From assembly GCA_030141605.1 (NCBI GenBank), contig JAQGDQ010001019.1:1-64000 (forward strand): a stretch of 64,000 nucleotides of DNA. The letters are read 5' to 3'. Position numbers and translations under genes: made by a program. Source of the stretch: Tubiluchus corallicola. Its lineage: Eukaryota > Animalia > Priapulida. The notes below the pieces were generated by a model. It had not been told where the DNA came from. It saw only the letters and a list, made by a program, of their open reading frames with translations, and did not search any database. This document shows positions 26,421 to 41,881 of this stretch, piece after piece. Every line of letters begins with the position of its first letter. Position 1 is the stretch's first letter.

Positions 26421-27527
26421 CACAATTGTGGATAAACTTTAATAATTTTTGCTTTTGCAAACACGTAAAATTCGCTGGAGGATTATTTGCGCTGTAGTAC
26501 GGAATCAGAGCATGTGATAGTAGTACTGATTGCTTCACAGTCCAGCACAGTACGATCCAGCAACACCATGTTTGGCTGCGGCCATGAGTACATGTCTGAG
26601 CCCAGGTAGAGAAAGTACTGTCGCTCACACAGTTTGTTGTCAGTTGTAACGTGCTTACCGTGAATGGATCAAAGTTGAACTGCGACAGTTTAAGCTATTA
26701 CTCAGTACTCAAAAAATATTTTTCTTTGTTTAGGATTTCATCAAGTTTATGGTATAAACTTTCGTATGTTTGTTTATTTAAATTTGCAATAACAACATTA
26801 GAGTTACACACACACACACACACACACGCACAAACACACGCGCACGCACCCGCACACACACACACACACACACACTTTTCGTTTTACACAGCATTAAAAC
26901 AATGGCTAAAAATTTTCCAAAGCAGCACCTCACTAATTTTAACTACATTCCGTCACTGGGTGTGACAAAAACTAAAATATTTTCTACAAGAATGCTTTTT
27001 TTGGAAGAGGATCAGGTTCAATTACTTCAATTACCCAGAATCCCTATTTCTTCCTTCCTGTAAATGTCCTCGTCGTACCCGGAAAAACCTAGGCGGATTA
27101 TTATTTAAATTACTCACTACAGCTCGCCTAGGCTGGCATATACACTTGATGGATTTTTGAATAAATTTATGCTTGAGGGGATGAGGCCTGAACGTGCGAA
27201 GCATGCTAAATGGAGCTAACAGTATTCCTTTGAGACGCGTCTTAGCCGCTGTATATGTCATTTTGTGACTGGATCGATAATTTTAATATATGGAGGTTTT
27301 TATTGGGAACACATTATGCACGGTTGAATCTGTGAAGATGAATGAAGCTTCGTCTTTAATAGGAGGCGGACCGAGAAAGAGTGTCTCTGAGAAGAGTGTC
27401 TCTGTAACTGAACTATAACATAATTATTTGTGTTAATCTCCTTGTTGTTTCTATAAGTTATTGCAGTACGTAAAGCCACATCAATTTCATTGTATGTATT
27501 ATTCTATAATGACAATAAATTGCTTAA

Positions 27528-27569
<42 letters not shown>

Positions 27570-27596
27570 GCTTGCTTACTTACTTACTTACTTACT

Positions 27597-27770
27597 ATAT
27601 TTTCGGTATTGTAATGATAGTATGGGTTGCAGTACAGTTCCTTGTGTGACTCCAGTTTTATACATAACCGCAAAAATACTGAACTATATTTTCGGTATCG
27701 CTATGAAAGTATGGGGCACAGATTAGTGCCTTGTTTGACTCCAGTTTTGCACCAAAAGCGAGGTAATTTA
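27597..27770 (-). mobile_element. Locally duplicated LINE RT motif fragment
   Basis: Minus-strand KTGVKQGTNLCPIL and KTGVTQGTVLQPIL (GVxQGxxLxPxLF-like), two tandem copies next to (TACT)n at 27527-27596. Confidence 0.45.
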
Positions 27771-28689
27771 TACATATTAGAGATATCATTGTTGCAGCAT
27801 AATGAAATTTTATAGCAAAGTCGTAAAGTAACTGTCTGCCATTACTATCTTGATCATTATTTTCTTGCCTTTTATGGGGCCTTTAATATTTCTCGTAAAT
27901 AAACCTTAATTTTATTTGAAGTAAAGAATTAATTTATAAAATTTTCTTCGATGATTTTATTGATTTGTCTGTCTGTGAATGTGCATGTCTAAGCAGCCTC
28001 AGTGGCATTCATTTTAACATAACAAAGACTTCGTTGCTCTTTCTAGCATCCTTCCATGCCTTTTTCTGAACAATATATGAACATCCCTAAGCTGTACATA
28101 AAATATTAATGGTTGCTGCATTTCGAATTCGGAAATTTTTGAAGTCATAAACAACACAGCGGAAACGAACAATTAGCTCCCTGCAGCGAGGTGACGTCAC
28201 TGTCCTTAGCGACCAATCGCTTCAATCAAATGATGAATTTATTCAGCGGAAGAAGCCAGCCAGGAACCGTGCTTGATCGAACTGCGCATGCGCACGCCGG
28301 TTAGAGGAAATTGTATTGCCAGTCGGTTTTTCTTCAGATAAACAAAGTCGGATGTCGGTTTTCTATTTCGGTTCAACTTAAATTTTTGATTTTTTTTATG
28401 TTATAAAAAATAATTTATGTTGTAGGTATTGGTTAGACCATTTTAAGTAGAATATGTTATCGGATGTAAAAGCATTTTGTAAACTGATGTCGTACCTAAA
28501 TTACTAATTAAAGCATAATATTCAATTAAGTTGAGTTGCTACACCCCCCCCCCCCCCACCTCACCTACACCCCCACCCCACCCACACTGTCTGCATCATC
28601 ATCTTTCTAATATGGTAACCTAATAGTTAAATTAGGTAACTGTGGGTTACTAGTGATAAAATCTATTTCTCACAATTTCGCCGTTTCTG

Positions 28690-29051
28690 TTTCTTCTATT
28701 CTCTCTCTTTTTTCTTTTTTCTCTATCGCTCTTTGTGTTTGTTTCTCTATTTCTGCTATATTCTCCCTCTCTTTTTCTTACTCTCTCTCTTTCTCTCTCT
28801 GTCTCTCACACTCTTTTTTTTGTTTTCTTATGCTGCCTAAATTTCTTTTTTATTCTTTCCTTCTTTCTATTTCTCTTTCTGTGTGCATTTCTTTATTTCT
28901 TCTTTCTTCGTCCTCTCTCTTTCTCACTTTCTGTCTTTCTTTCTGTTTCTCTCACACGCTTTCTCTTGCTTTCTTATTTGCCTAAATTTCTTTTTAATTC
29001 TTTTCTTCTTCTTTCTCTTTCTCTCTTTGTGTGCACTTCTCTATTTCTTCT

Positions 29052-29089
<38 letters not shown>

Positions 29090-29275
29090 CACTTCCCCTC
29101 ATTCATTTCTCAGTCTCTCACACTTTCTCTTCCTTTCTTATTCTGAATTTCGTTTTCATTCTACCTGCGTGTTTCTTTCTCATTGTTCTCTGACCTTCAC
29201 CGCCCTCCTCTCCTCCACCCTTTCTTCCCCTTTTCTTTTCTTCGCGTGATTTTTTCCTCATTCTTTCTTCTCTTT
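28690..29275. repeat. Degenerate C/T-rich tract with internal duplication
   Basis: Direct reading. Confidence 0.85.
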
Positions 29276-29810
29276 GATTATATTTTGATTATAAATAAGT
29301 GCACAAATGCTAAGCCGCGCACTGTGCACAGAATTATTTAACCACAAAGAAAACGCAGAATCAAAAATCTAAAATAATTTTAAAATTTTCGTAAAATCTT
29401 TTAATTAAAATAATCTCGCATGACTCTTGCGTACGACTATCAACCGCTGAAATGCAAATTGCATTTGCGTCTCCACAACTCAATACTTCCTTCTCCGCAG
29501 TTTTCAGTCGGAGGTTTCGAGTGGCACGGATGCGGATGCTGGGAATGATTTCGCATCAGCGTCAGGATGAAGCATCAACAATCGTACGCGTTGGGCACGA
29601 GAGAAAACATCTTCAAGTTTCGATGGCCAATGCTGCTCTTACGATTCAGGTTTGAATCCATGCACGAAAAACTAGGTAAGAAAGATTGTCTATGGCTTCA
29701 GTCTCTCAGTGATTTTATAATATAAGCTGAATTAAGAAAAATCGAGTTAATAGTTTTATTGTGTGAAATTTGCTTCTGTAAAATGCTCCAGTTTCATACT
29801 GAGTCACTCA

Positions 29811-30228
<418 letters not shown>

Positions 30229-30449
30229 GTATGTAGAAAATGCGAGTAACAGTTATTATAATTTTGCTTAATTGCTTATATAATATTGCACATTAATAAA
30301 GAGGGCAAGATGTACGTTCAGCATTTTGACTTAAAATCGCTATTTCAATTTAATTTTATTTGCTTAAAAAGTATTTCAGTACTTTTGACAAGTATAAATT
30401 AGATGACAGAACTCGTAAGTGCAGAAGACATTAGGGTTGAGTATTATGT

Positions 30450-31401
<952 letters not shown>

Positions 31402-32506
31402 TAAACATTCTTTACGAATCATACAGACAATTAAAGGAAACATAAACACCAATTAATAAAAACGAATGAGACAAAATAGTTTATATTTTTTATAAGGATT
31501 AGAGATGGAAATAGTAAAATGAAGGTTCATTTATATACTGCTAAACTTTGTAGAATAAATTTTTGCAGAATATTTTTACATTTGTTTCCATTTAAAAAAC
31601 TGCTATCGGTTACAGTTTATTAAGGCCTATATTTAATGAACAATTTACCCTTTAAGCACACCAAAAGTGCAATACGTTGTAGGCGTTTCAAAATAAACTT
31701 TGTTCGGTCCAATTTACACAATTTTAACCTCTATTATCTGGAACTAAAATGTTCGTGCTCCACATTAAACTTGTCTACTTGTGTTCACGCATAACTATAG
31801 ATATTTGGACTTTGAACTAATATGCATTTTATAAACATTACTCTTACTTACAAAGTTTGTAATAATTGTATACAAAAAGAGATACGAGGCAAATAAAGTA
31901 CTCTAAGTACTTTATCAAATAGTATAATTTATCGCCAAGCAAATTTTGATTCAATCCGATTTTTTCCTCTCCGATATTTGCTTTATGTCTTACGTGCGCG
32001 TTTATTTTCTAACCCCCTAATTCTGTCGGCTTTCTACAATAAGCGAAAATGAGAGCAACTCTCCGTAGTTAGACAGGTACATCCCCTTTCGCTTTCACAG
32101 TTAAACTAGGTCAGGTGCAGAGAATTTAGCGAAATTATGCGTAGTGCCTACACAATGAGGCGTAAGTTACGTGTGACACAGTTTTATAACTGTAAAATTA
32201 GTTCTGGTCAGTTGTGAAGTAAAAACGCCTAGAGCTGAAACGTATCTTTCAGTATCTTCGCTGCTACGTTCTTTTAATATTACGTTGTTTGGAGAATTCG
32301 CTTAGCGCCGTTCAGGATTTTCATACACGTTCTGTAAACAGTCGTTCAAAATCTAAAACATGAACAAATGTGAGCTAAAGTACTAACGACACATTCGTGC
32401 TAATCACATAAATGCATCACAAAAATATAAGCGTATTTTCATAGTTAAAGAATTATGTATTTATGTGCCTGTAATAAAAATTGAAGCATATTTTTACCTA
32501 TAAAAA

Positions 32507-32768
32507 TGCCAGAAATTACAATTTTAAAACAGTGTACATATAATATATAAAAGCAAGGTAATTTCAGTGTATTTCACAGATGTAGATAAAACATTAAGTA
32601 ATTTATCATATAATTATATTATTATATATATATATATATATATATGTGTAAACTGTAACTGTATGCATACATATGTATATATATATATATATAATTATAT
32701 GTAAAGTACTTAATGTTTTATAATGTATATATTATACGTACTCTGTTTTAAAATTGAAATTACTGGCA
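32507..32768. mobile_element. About 260-bp AT-rich palindrome/MITE in NR2F intron 1
   Basis: tgccagaaattacaattttaaaacagtgtac... pairs with ...gtactctgttttaaaattgaaattactggca around a (TA)n core. Confidence 0.7.
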
Positions 32769-33769
32769 CTATATATATATACACTAGAGTAAAATCACCA
32801 CAATATTTGGATACTATATTTCGCGTATTAAACTAAATTACTTTTTTGTAATCATACAACTTTATAAAGGTTGAATATTTAATCAGCTTCAATAATATGG
32901 CAGAAACGTAACTGCCATATTTACGTTTCTTTTCATTTCTTCACGTTCTGAAACACGTGTATCGTTCTCTGCCGTATCACCGTTTAGTTTAAAGCCAAAA
33001 TACAGCACAGCTTATCACACATACGCTGTAACGTTTAAAGATACTTGGAAACAAACATTTCGATCATTAATAATTGTGTTACAGCCTACAACTTTGGTAT
33101 AGTTACTAAAACACATTGTATCTAGGCGTCAGACAACACTATTTGCTGACTTTAAATGTCTAAATTTAGTTTTTTTCCTTTTTAAAACAAAAATTTAAAC
33201 TGTAACAGATGGATGAGTAATAAAAACAGACTGATTACCGTGTCAGTAAAAAAATGTAAACTTATAATATATAATTTTAATTTTCCTTATAAATTGATAG
33301 TAATCTTGCCCTCTTAAAGCAGACGCTATCGTTATGGCTTAAGTTGTGTTAAGTTAAATTCGCGGTGGAGTTTAAAATTATTCCGTGTGTAATAGCACTG
33401 TCTAATTACAATGCATAAAGCTTCAAATTTTCAACTAGAAATTTTCTCCAGCTGTTTAATTATTTAAATTACAACAGAAACATTAAGAAAACAAAACTGA
33501 TTTAAATATGAATGTAGTTTGTTGTTTTTCGTGTTAGGAGTAGAAGGATTATATTATCATGTATTTATACAACCCAAATGCCAACGCTTTTCTGGAAAAT
33601 ATTTTTAATGCAATTATTACACAAGTTAGTGATACTAACAATTAAAAATATTCTTACTATTTTTCAGTATATTTCTATTACTATTGTTACGCAAATAATA
33701 GTAGTAATCGTTAATATATAAAAAATATATCCGATTTTCTACAAAGCAACAGGCTGGCTACAGTAAGTA

Positions 33770-34395
<626 letters not shown>

Positions 34396-34974
34396 ATTAG
34401 TTACTTTTAATACACTTATATAGTCTAGTTATACAAATTTATCACATAGTGTAACAAGACAGTAAAATTTTGCAGCAACGTTCCATTATTCGCAGGAAAG
34501 TTTTAATAAAACTCGCCGGGTTTAAATAAATTACCAAATTGCATTTGAATTGGCGCGGTTTCCGAATTGTCATCATAATTTCCGACGTTCTAAATCTTGA
34601 GATATGAGCCCACAATGCGAGTACAATTTGTACAAGTGATACAACTTTGCAAGTTAAAGATAACCTGTTTTTACACTATTTTCTGTTTACGACTATCTCG
34701 TGTACAAATTGAATATGAATATGAGTATGAATATATATGATAAGCAGTTTCATGTATCACAGCTGAATCTATAATAGAGCCTAAATGTTCGTCTTCGATC
34801 ATCATTTTAAGTTCTAGTTTTAGCAAGCTCAAATTAATTGAAATTCAATTTTCTTTTAAATTAATTTATTATTGAAATCAAAATTAAAATAAAGTTTTAG
34901 CGAAATTTTGTAATCTGAATTTGAGAACTGAATTTGACTCAGTCTAGTTACTTTAACCGCGTATATATTTAACA

Positions 34975-35300
34975 AGCACATGTAAAGTGCCGGGGCTCGT
35001 AATATACAATTTGTATATTCATAATACATCAGCAGTATATTAACAACAACCATAATACATTCAACAGCATGTATAATTTACAATTTGTACATTCATAATG
35101 TAAAGTGTAGGGGACTCGTAATATACAATTTGTATATTCGTAATACATGAACAACACATTAACAACAACCATAATACATTCAACAGCACGTGCAAAATAC
35201 AATTTGTACATTCATAATACGTTAACAATACATTACCAACGTTCATAATCCGTTCAACAGCATGTGCAATGTACACTTTGTACTTTCATGATGTACAACA
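34975..35300. repeat. Degenerate tandem repeat (about 70-120 bp units)
   Basis: atacaatttgtayattcataat and aacaaccataatacattcaacagc each recur several times. Confidence 0.75.
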
Positions 35301-37270
35301 GGTTAACATGCCTTGATTTTGTATTTTAATGAGCTCTGCGCAGTCATTTTTTCTTCTAAATCCTAAACATCATTTTAAAACGTATTCACGTCTGTTTGTG
35401 TATCCTACGTTTTGCCTTCGTTGCTGATAGAGCGATTTGTTTATTATCCAGCGCGTTTCTTCAACAAACTCTTAAATCGTAATTATCTTAGACTCATTAG
35501 AAAAACTCGGAGTTTATTTGTGTTTACGTTACTATTCTAGACGCTTCGTTTATCATGTATTGTTTCCACCCAACCATAGCAATTTATTATGTAAACATTT
35601 GCAGTTTTCGTACCAAGTTCCTTATCCACTTTTAAGCAAATTGTTAATTTAGCAGAAGCATTTTACTGTGGAGTACAGGTACTAATCATTTCTGGTCGAG
35701 TGTAGAAATGGCAAGCGGCTTGTTTGGCGCCAAATGTGTAATAGTGCTAGCGAAAAGATCTCCCGTATTGGTAAACGTATGGTATTAACCAACGCCTATA
35801 ACATGCGTTAAATAATGTTTCACAATAATTATATAATAGGTGGTGAATGGGAAAAAACTTGTATTTAGCGATAATACTGGTCAATTTCTGTAGCGTTTAC
35901 AGAATTTAAAGTGTTCATAGCAAGTAGAACCAACCAAGCATTCATAATCGCATGGCAGCCTCATAAATTATCATGTCAAAAATCATTATCCTAGTCGCCA
36001 TTAGAAAAAATCATGCATTTTTCATGCGCAAGCATCATTTAACCTCTTGCTTTTAATTCACGTTAAATAAAATGAATGAATCCATGACGCAATGCGTGTC
36101 ATTTAAAATTCATCTCTGTAAGATTGAACAAACTGCAAAATGTCTGAAGAATGTTGCAAAAAAACGCAACAAATTGAACTACAGTACTAACTGGTATTGT
36201 GATACTGACAAAACTAACTGATAAATATTTGTTGTGTCGCGAATGCACTTTAAGTTTACAGTTAGAAAGAGAAATTCCCAATATCTTAAATGTACAGCAG
36301 TAGCCATGCAAATGCAATAAACTGTATTTCGTCAGCAATTTTGTAGCCATTTTTATACTGTAACAACAAATCTACTTCATGAAAATCCTTTGAAATAAGT
36401 GATAGATAAAAGGGCGATAAATGTGCAAATATATGAAGCAACACCACATACGCTAATGGTCGTCGTGAATAAAAAATTGTTTTTACAAAATTATGCGCTG
36501 GATTGCCTAATGCTCCCATATACGTACATACGTACTTGCTGTAGACCTCATTCCTCACAGTAGCAAATGTTGTCTGAATTTATTAAGTAAGCATACACCC
36601 AGATATGTTACCTGTGTGTACAAAAACACTTTTGTCTGAAGAGTATGTTGTTGAAAAGTTATGAAAATAAGTTTGAAAACTGCAAATATGGTAAGAATAG
36701 ACACAAAAATAGACACAAACAACCCACAGGGTTACGTTGAAAATTACAAAATGCTGTTCCTAGCATACGCGTAGAAACAGTGTTCTTGCTTAATAACTCA
36801 AGCATCCCTAACAACTTCTTTAATTTCGAAAAAAATCACAGTACCTGGAACTTGATTTTCCCATATGGGAACGCTAGGCACCAAAAGGTTAAATGTACAG
36901 CAGTAGCTCTGCAAATACAGTAAACTATATTTTATCAACTAGTAGGAAGATTTGAAAAAATGTCTTCTTTTATGAATGTTTTCTCGTCTTGGCTAAACAA
37001 TTATTCTTTAACGCAAGAATTATTTGTCTGGCAGAGCAAATTATGTAAAATTATGTAATAATGTAAAATCATGTAATCTTATCTCAATATTTTTACCTTT
37101 AAAGTTATGGTGCTTAATTTACAAAAAAAAGATAAAATGCCAAAATCCAGTAAAGTCCTTTGAATTATATGCTTAAATGTAACTGCCACCGGATTTAGTG
37201 ACATTACCACTATGTATTCTATATCTGCCTTTCATAATATTATCGGTTCCACATTTTCGTTCCACCCATT

Positions 37271-37800
37271 ACAATAAATCAATAAATGCAGCGACGTTTT
37301 GGTGTACCAAGACCTATCATTAGGACTCTCATAGTAGTGCTTGGTATTCCACTACGTCACTGTATTTATTGATTATACAACAAATCAACAAATGCAATGA
37401 CGTTTTGGTACACCAAGACCTATCATTAGCATTCTGATTGTAGGGATTGGTGTTCCACAATGTCACTGTGTTTATTGATTATACAACAAATCAATAAATG
37501 CAATGACGTTTTGGTACACCAAGACCTATAATTAGCATTCTCATTGTAGGGATTGGTGCTCCACAATGTCACTGTGTTTATTGATTATACAACAAATCAA
37601 TAAATGCAATGACGTTTTGGTACACCAAGACCTATCATTAGGATTTTTATTGTAGTGTTTGGTGTTCCACAACATCACTGTATTTATCAATTGTACAATA
37701 AATCAACAAATGCAGTGACGTTTTGGTATACCAAGACCTATCATTAGCATTCTCATTGTAGTGTTTGGTGTTCCACAACGTCACTGTATTTTCTGATTTA
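37271..37800. repeat. Five tandem 106-bp palindromic units
   Basis: Period 106 (37271, 37377 and onward); each unit has ~35-bp inverted arms. Confidence 0.9.
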
Positions 37801-37906
37801 TTGCAGCAAAGGGAATAATTGTGTTTTTATAACTTCACTGTTTCACGAAAAATATGAGTCCATTCGTTCACAAACAGCCATGATTAGTCTTCGTTTTCTT
37901 TTTTAG

Positions 37907-38437
37907 CAGTCCAGCGAGGTCGAGTACCTCCATCAGTGTCCGGGCCGTTTCCCGGGCAGTTGGCTCTGACCAATGGCGAGCTACTCAATGGACACTCTTA
38001 CATGTCGAGTTACATATCTTTGTTGCTGCGTGCAGAACCTTACGCCACTGACCGCTATGGACAATGCATGCAGTCGAATGGCATTATGGGTATAGACAAC
38101 ATTTGCGAACTTGCCGCCAGGTTGTTGTTTAGTGCTGTTGAGTGGGCCAGAAGTATACCCTTCTTCCCAGACTTACAAATCACCGACCAGGTGGCGTTGT
38201 TACGATTAGTGTGGAGCGAACTGTTCGTTTTGAATGCCTCCCAGTGTTCCATGCCACTCCACGTCGCTCCACTTTTAGCTGCTGCCGGCCTCCACACGTC
38301 GCCGATGGCTGCAGATCGAGTTGTCGCCTTCATGGATCACATCCGGATTTTTCAGGAGCAGGTGGAGAAGTTGAAGGCGCTCCACGTGGATTCTGCTGAA
38401 TACAGCTGCCTTAAAGCAATTGTCTTATTTACCACAG
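37907..38437 (+). CDS. NR2F: COUP-TF coding exon 2 (hinge + most of the ligand-binding domain)
   Basis: Acceptor ttttctttttTAG|CA restores E-A-V-Q-R-G-R in frame with exon 1; [32 protein letters not shown] and [21 protein letters not shown]; donor ACAG|GTAAG. Confidence 0.97.
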
Positions 38438-39724
38438 GTAAGATTTTGGTTGTTTTAAATCAATCATCCGTGATTCCTGCATTTCTGGCACATTGATCTC
38501 AACTGTGAAAAATTAGAATTAATGTATTATGTCCAATAACAATTAACTTAATTCCTAATGGGATGAAGAAGCTGAGAAGATGCTAAAAAACTAGTCTCTG
38601 CCTAGACGTGAACCAGAAACCCTACGATTTTAATTCCTGGTCTACCAGGAGGATCTACACTGAGGAGCATATCTACTCACCTGGATGGCTCTCGAATTCA
38701 ACTCCCGACAGGCTAACTATTTTCGTACCACGATTTATTACCTCATAGAGAAAAATAAAAATTCACAGCTGGAAAAAATAATTTGAAAAAATGTTTTTTC
38801 GATTCAATCAGCATCAAAAGCTTCATGAAATTGAGTGATCTTGATGCTAAACGGTGAAGAAAATACTGGGATTGATTCGAAATTGTTGAAATTGCTAGAG
38901 ATCTTAGGGCAGTGTGGATGGTCACACCTGCTTGCGGCTACTTTACTTTGATGGGATTTGATTGACTTCCTTTGATTTGATTCAGTTTTAATTTCTTTTT
39001 GCTTTTAACAGTTAAATTCTACTTTATTTCGTTTTGTTTACCTCAATCTATATAACAACTCTCTGGCTACTGACGCTTAAAATTGTTGTCTAACCTTTGC
39101 AACTGAAATTGCTCGGCGATGTTGAGTCCAAGTATCTTCAGTTTATTTTGCTTCTCAATTTGCATCGATTCAATTCCACTCGATTTTTTTGTTTTGATTT
39201 TACAGACATTTTGAAAGGACTTGATTGAAATCATTAGAAATCATTGGAAAAAATTGAAATGATTAACTTTTGTTTTACTCCTAATTTTCATTTAATTTTT
39301 CTAATATTCTTTTGTTAGGATAAAATTTTTTAATATTTCAGCTGCTTTAGGTTATATTTTTAACATATGTTGCAAAGGTTCCCGAATTTATAATTGTGTA
39401 TAAGTCTAAAGATAAGTATAATTTTTAGTCAAAAAATCAAAAATTTTTACGTAAAAAATCAAACTTTCCACACAAAAAAAATCAAAAATTTTTAGGAAAA
39501 AAATAAAATGTTTACACAAAAATTGAAAATTTTTACAAAAAAAAATCAATTTTATACAAAAAAATCAAAATTTTAGCACAATGAATGCACAATGAATGAA
39601 AACAAAACAAAACAAGCAAATTTTACTTAAAATACTAAAACAATTCTTACGATTCTTACTAATTTCGTAACAACCAATCAAGATAAAAATTTTATTGAAT
39701 ATATCCCAGAGAAGCCAAGTCAAG

Positions 39725-40385
39725 AAAAGTCAAGAAAAGGGGTACCTGAAGTAGGTTTCAGAAAAATTGCCTTAAAAAATTATTTTACTTTATAGCAATC
39801 TGATGCATATATCCTACTCGCGTTGAAAGGATTTTTTGTTTGTTTTCATTTTAAATCTCCCGCAATACTGTTCCGACGGCACCATTACATGACGTCACTA
39901 AAATACATAAATCAGGGGAAGAAAAGGCAATGTTAAATTATGGCCCAAAAAACTTTCCGTGCAAATCTATATTACTTAGCATTTCACTTAGACTTCGGTA
40001 ACTAGAAATAATAATTTAAAATGTTTGTGCTTATCGGTAAAATGTCGCTGACTCACCCTCCAGGGTGCGCCACTCACTAACCAAAAACGTATTTTTAATC
40101 TTATTGACAAGTAACAGTAATTTAAATTTTTCTCAATTAGCTACATGTATGCTACGAATGCGCTGATTATTTTTTAAAACTTTACTTAATGTTATCAAAA
40201 CTTGTTTCAAACGACCTACCATTAAAATGGCTGCGCCTAACGGTCATCGCGGGAGCTTAAATTTACACGTTTTATACAGCGTTGCTTTTGATGCAAGCCA
40301 TGCATATGAAAAGGTAGTATGTAATTGGTATAAAATTTCGAGACGAATTTTTTAAACTTTATGTAAGTGGAGGATTTTCTTGTAC
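39725..40385 (-). mobile_element. Family A composite copy (reverse), inverted partner of 42535-43196
   Basis: About 650 bp of reverse-complement similarity, including caatactgttccgacggc-ccattacatgacgtca and gactcaccctccagggtgc. Confidence 0.8.
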
Positions 40386-40816
40386 TTTAACCGCGTAATT
40401 TTGAACTACCCAAAATTCTTTTAAATGAAATAATAATAAGAATACAAATTTTCCATTCACACTGGGTGAATTTTTTGTTTTTTCAAATAAATCTTTGCAC
40501 TACTAAATATGTAGCCCTAGCCTTAATAAACCGCAAACTAGAACTGCAAAATCTGTGAACAGAAATTAACTCTTTCCCTAACAAAGTGCAACACTGAATA
40601 CACAGAATACAACCTGCTGTTTTCCATGGCTCCTTTTTATAAGCAACGCGTCTAGTAATACGGTCCCTTAGAGATTTAAATTAAAACCCGATCCCTAACA
40701 TCTGTCCTACCGTATAGCCTGATCACAGCTCAGCACTTCAGAAGCTTACATTTGATACGAGTCTGACTTCATTATGCTACTCTGTAACTTATTTAAAGGA
40801 AACGACAACTCATTTA

Positions 40817-41325
40817 AAGGAAAACTGGATGATTGTTTAGACTCGAACTTGTTTTAATTTACTGTCCAAAATATACATTTTCTTGCCTATAAAAGTTAGC
40901 AATTGTTTCTCATATTCGAAAAATTAGCTTAGGAAGTTAATTAACGGCAACCGAACACAGCTATTGCTTACGTCAGAAACTAACCACAGTTTCTGCAATG
41001 GCAGACATCTTCCCTTGCGCATCAAGCGCGTTTGGATAAGTGTTACAGCTTAAACGCGTGATGTCACAAAAATGGGCTCAACGTTATATGAGGTCAGAAA
41101 CTAACACTGCAGTTCATGATCATGGTTATCACGGTACCGCCTTCTGTACGTCGGCCACGCGAATGTGACAAAAAGGCGCCGTTGCCAGTCTTAGTAGATT
41201 CACTGAGCCGCGCGTAGCTTCGAAAGTTTAACAAAATTTGAGTATCCGAGGTAATTATTATTTAATCTAAGCTTTCATTCAAAAAAAGCTTTGTAGTTTT
41301 CAATATCTTGGAGCATTCTTCATTA
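40817..41325. mobile_element. MITE family C, copy 2, nested in a family D element (40792-41490)
   Basis: TTAA|AGGAAAACTGGATGATTG; reverse complement of 1715-2200; the D terminus lies just before and the D body resumes at about 41325. Confidence 0.75.
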
Positions 41326-41881
41326 TGTTGGATTTATTTTCTTACTTTCACATAAACGTAGAAAAATATAGCGAAGAAATTTGCAAAAAAATTGTCTATA
41401 CAGCATAAAGTTGATTTATACTAACGCTGTACAAAATTTTTCCAACCCGCTTGTCGTTCACAAGAAATTTATGACGTAATTGGTGGATTTCTGATAATGG
41501 ATGCCAAACCTATTAAAATTTTACTCTATTCACTGTTTGACTTTTCTGGTTATAATCTCTCCCGTTTTTTTCTAATGGTTTTTCTTCATCTTTCGTCCAC
41601 TTTTTCTTCGTTCTTGTTATCACCATCTTCCGTGTGGGGCAGTAAAACACCACTAAAGATAAGTCGTTGCTAAAAGAATTTGGCTATTAAAATTATGAAA
41701 ATACTTGGTGGTAAGCTCAGTAGAACACTTGGCCACCCAGCCTCCAACGATGTGCTTTATATGCCTATAAATTTTACCAAGTTTATCTCCAGTGCAAATT
41801 TTTATAACTTTCATATAATGCGCTGCGCGATTTTTACATAAAATCTCAGCAATCGCAGCCCTCTAGGTCTTTTTAAGAGTG

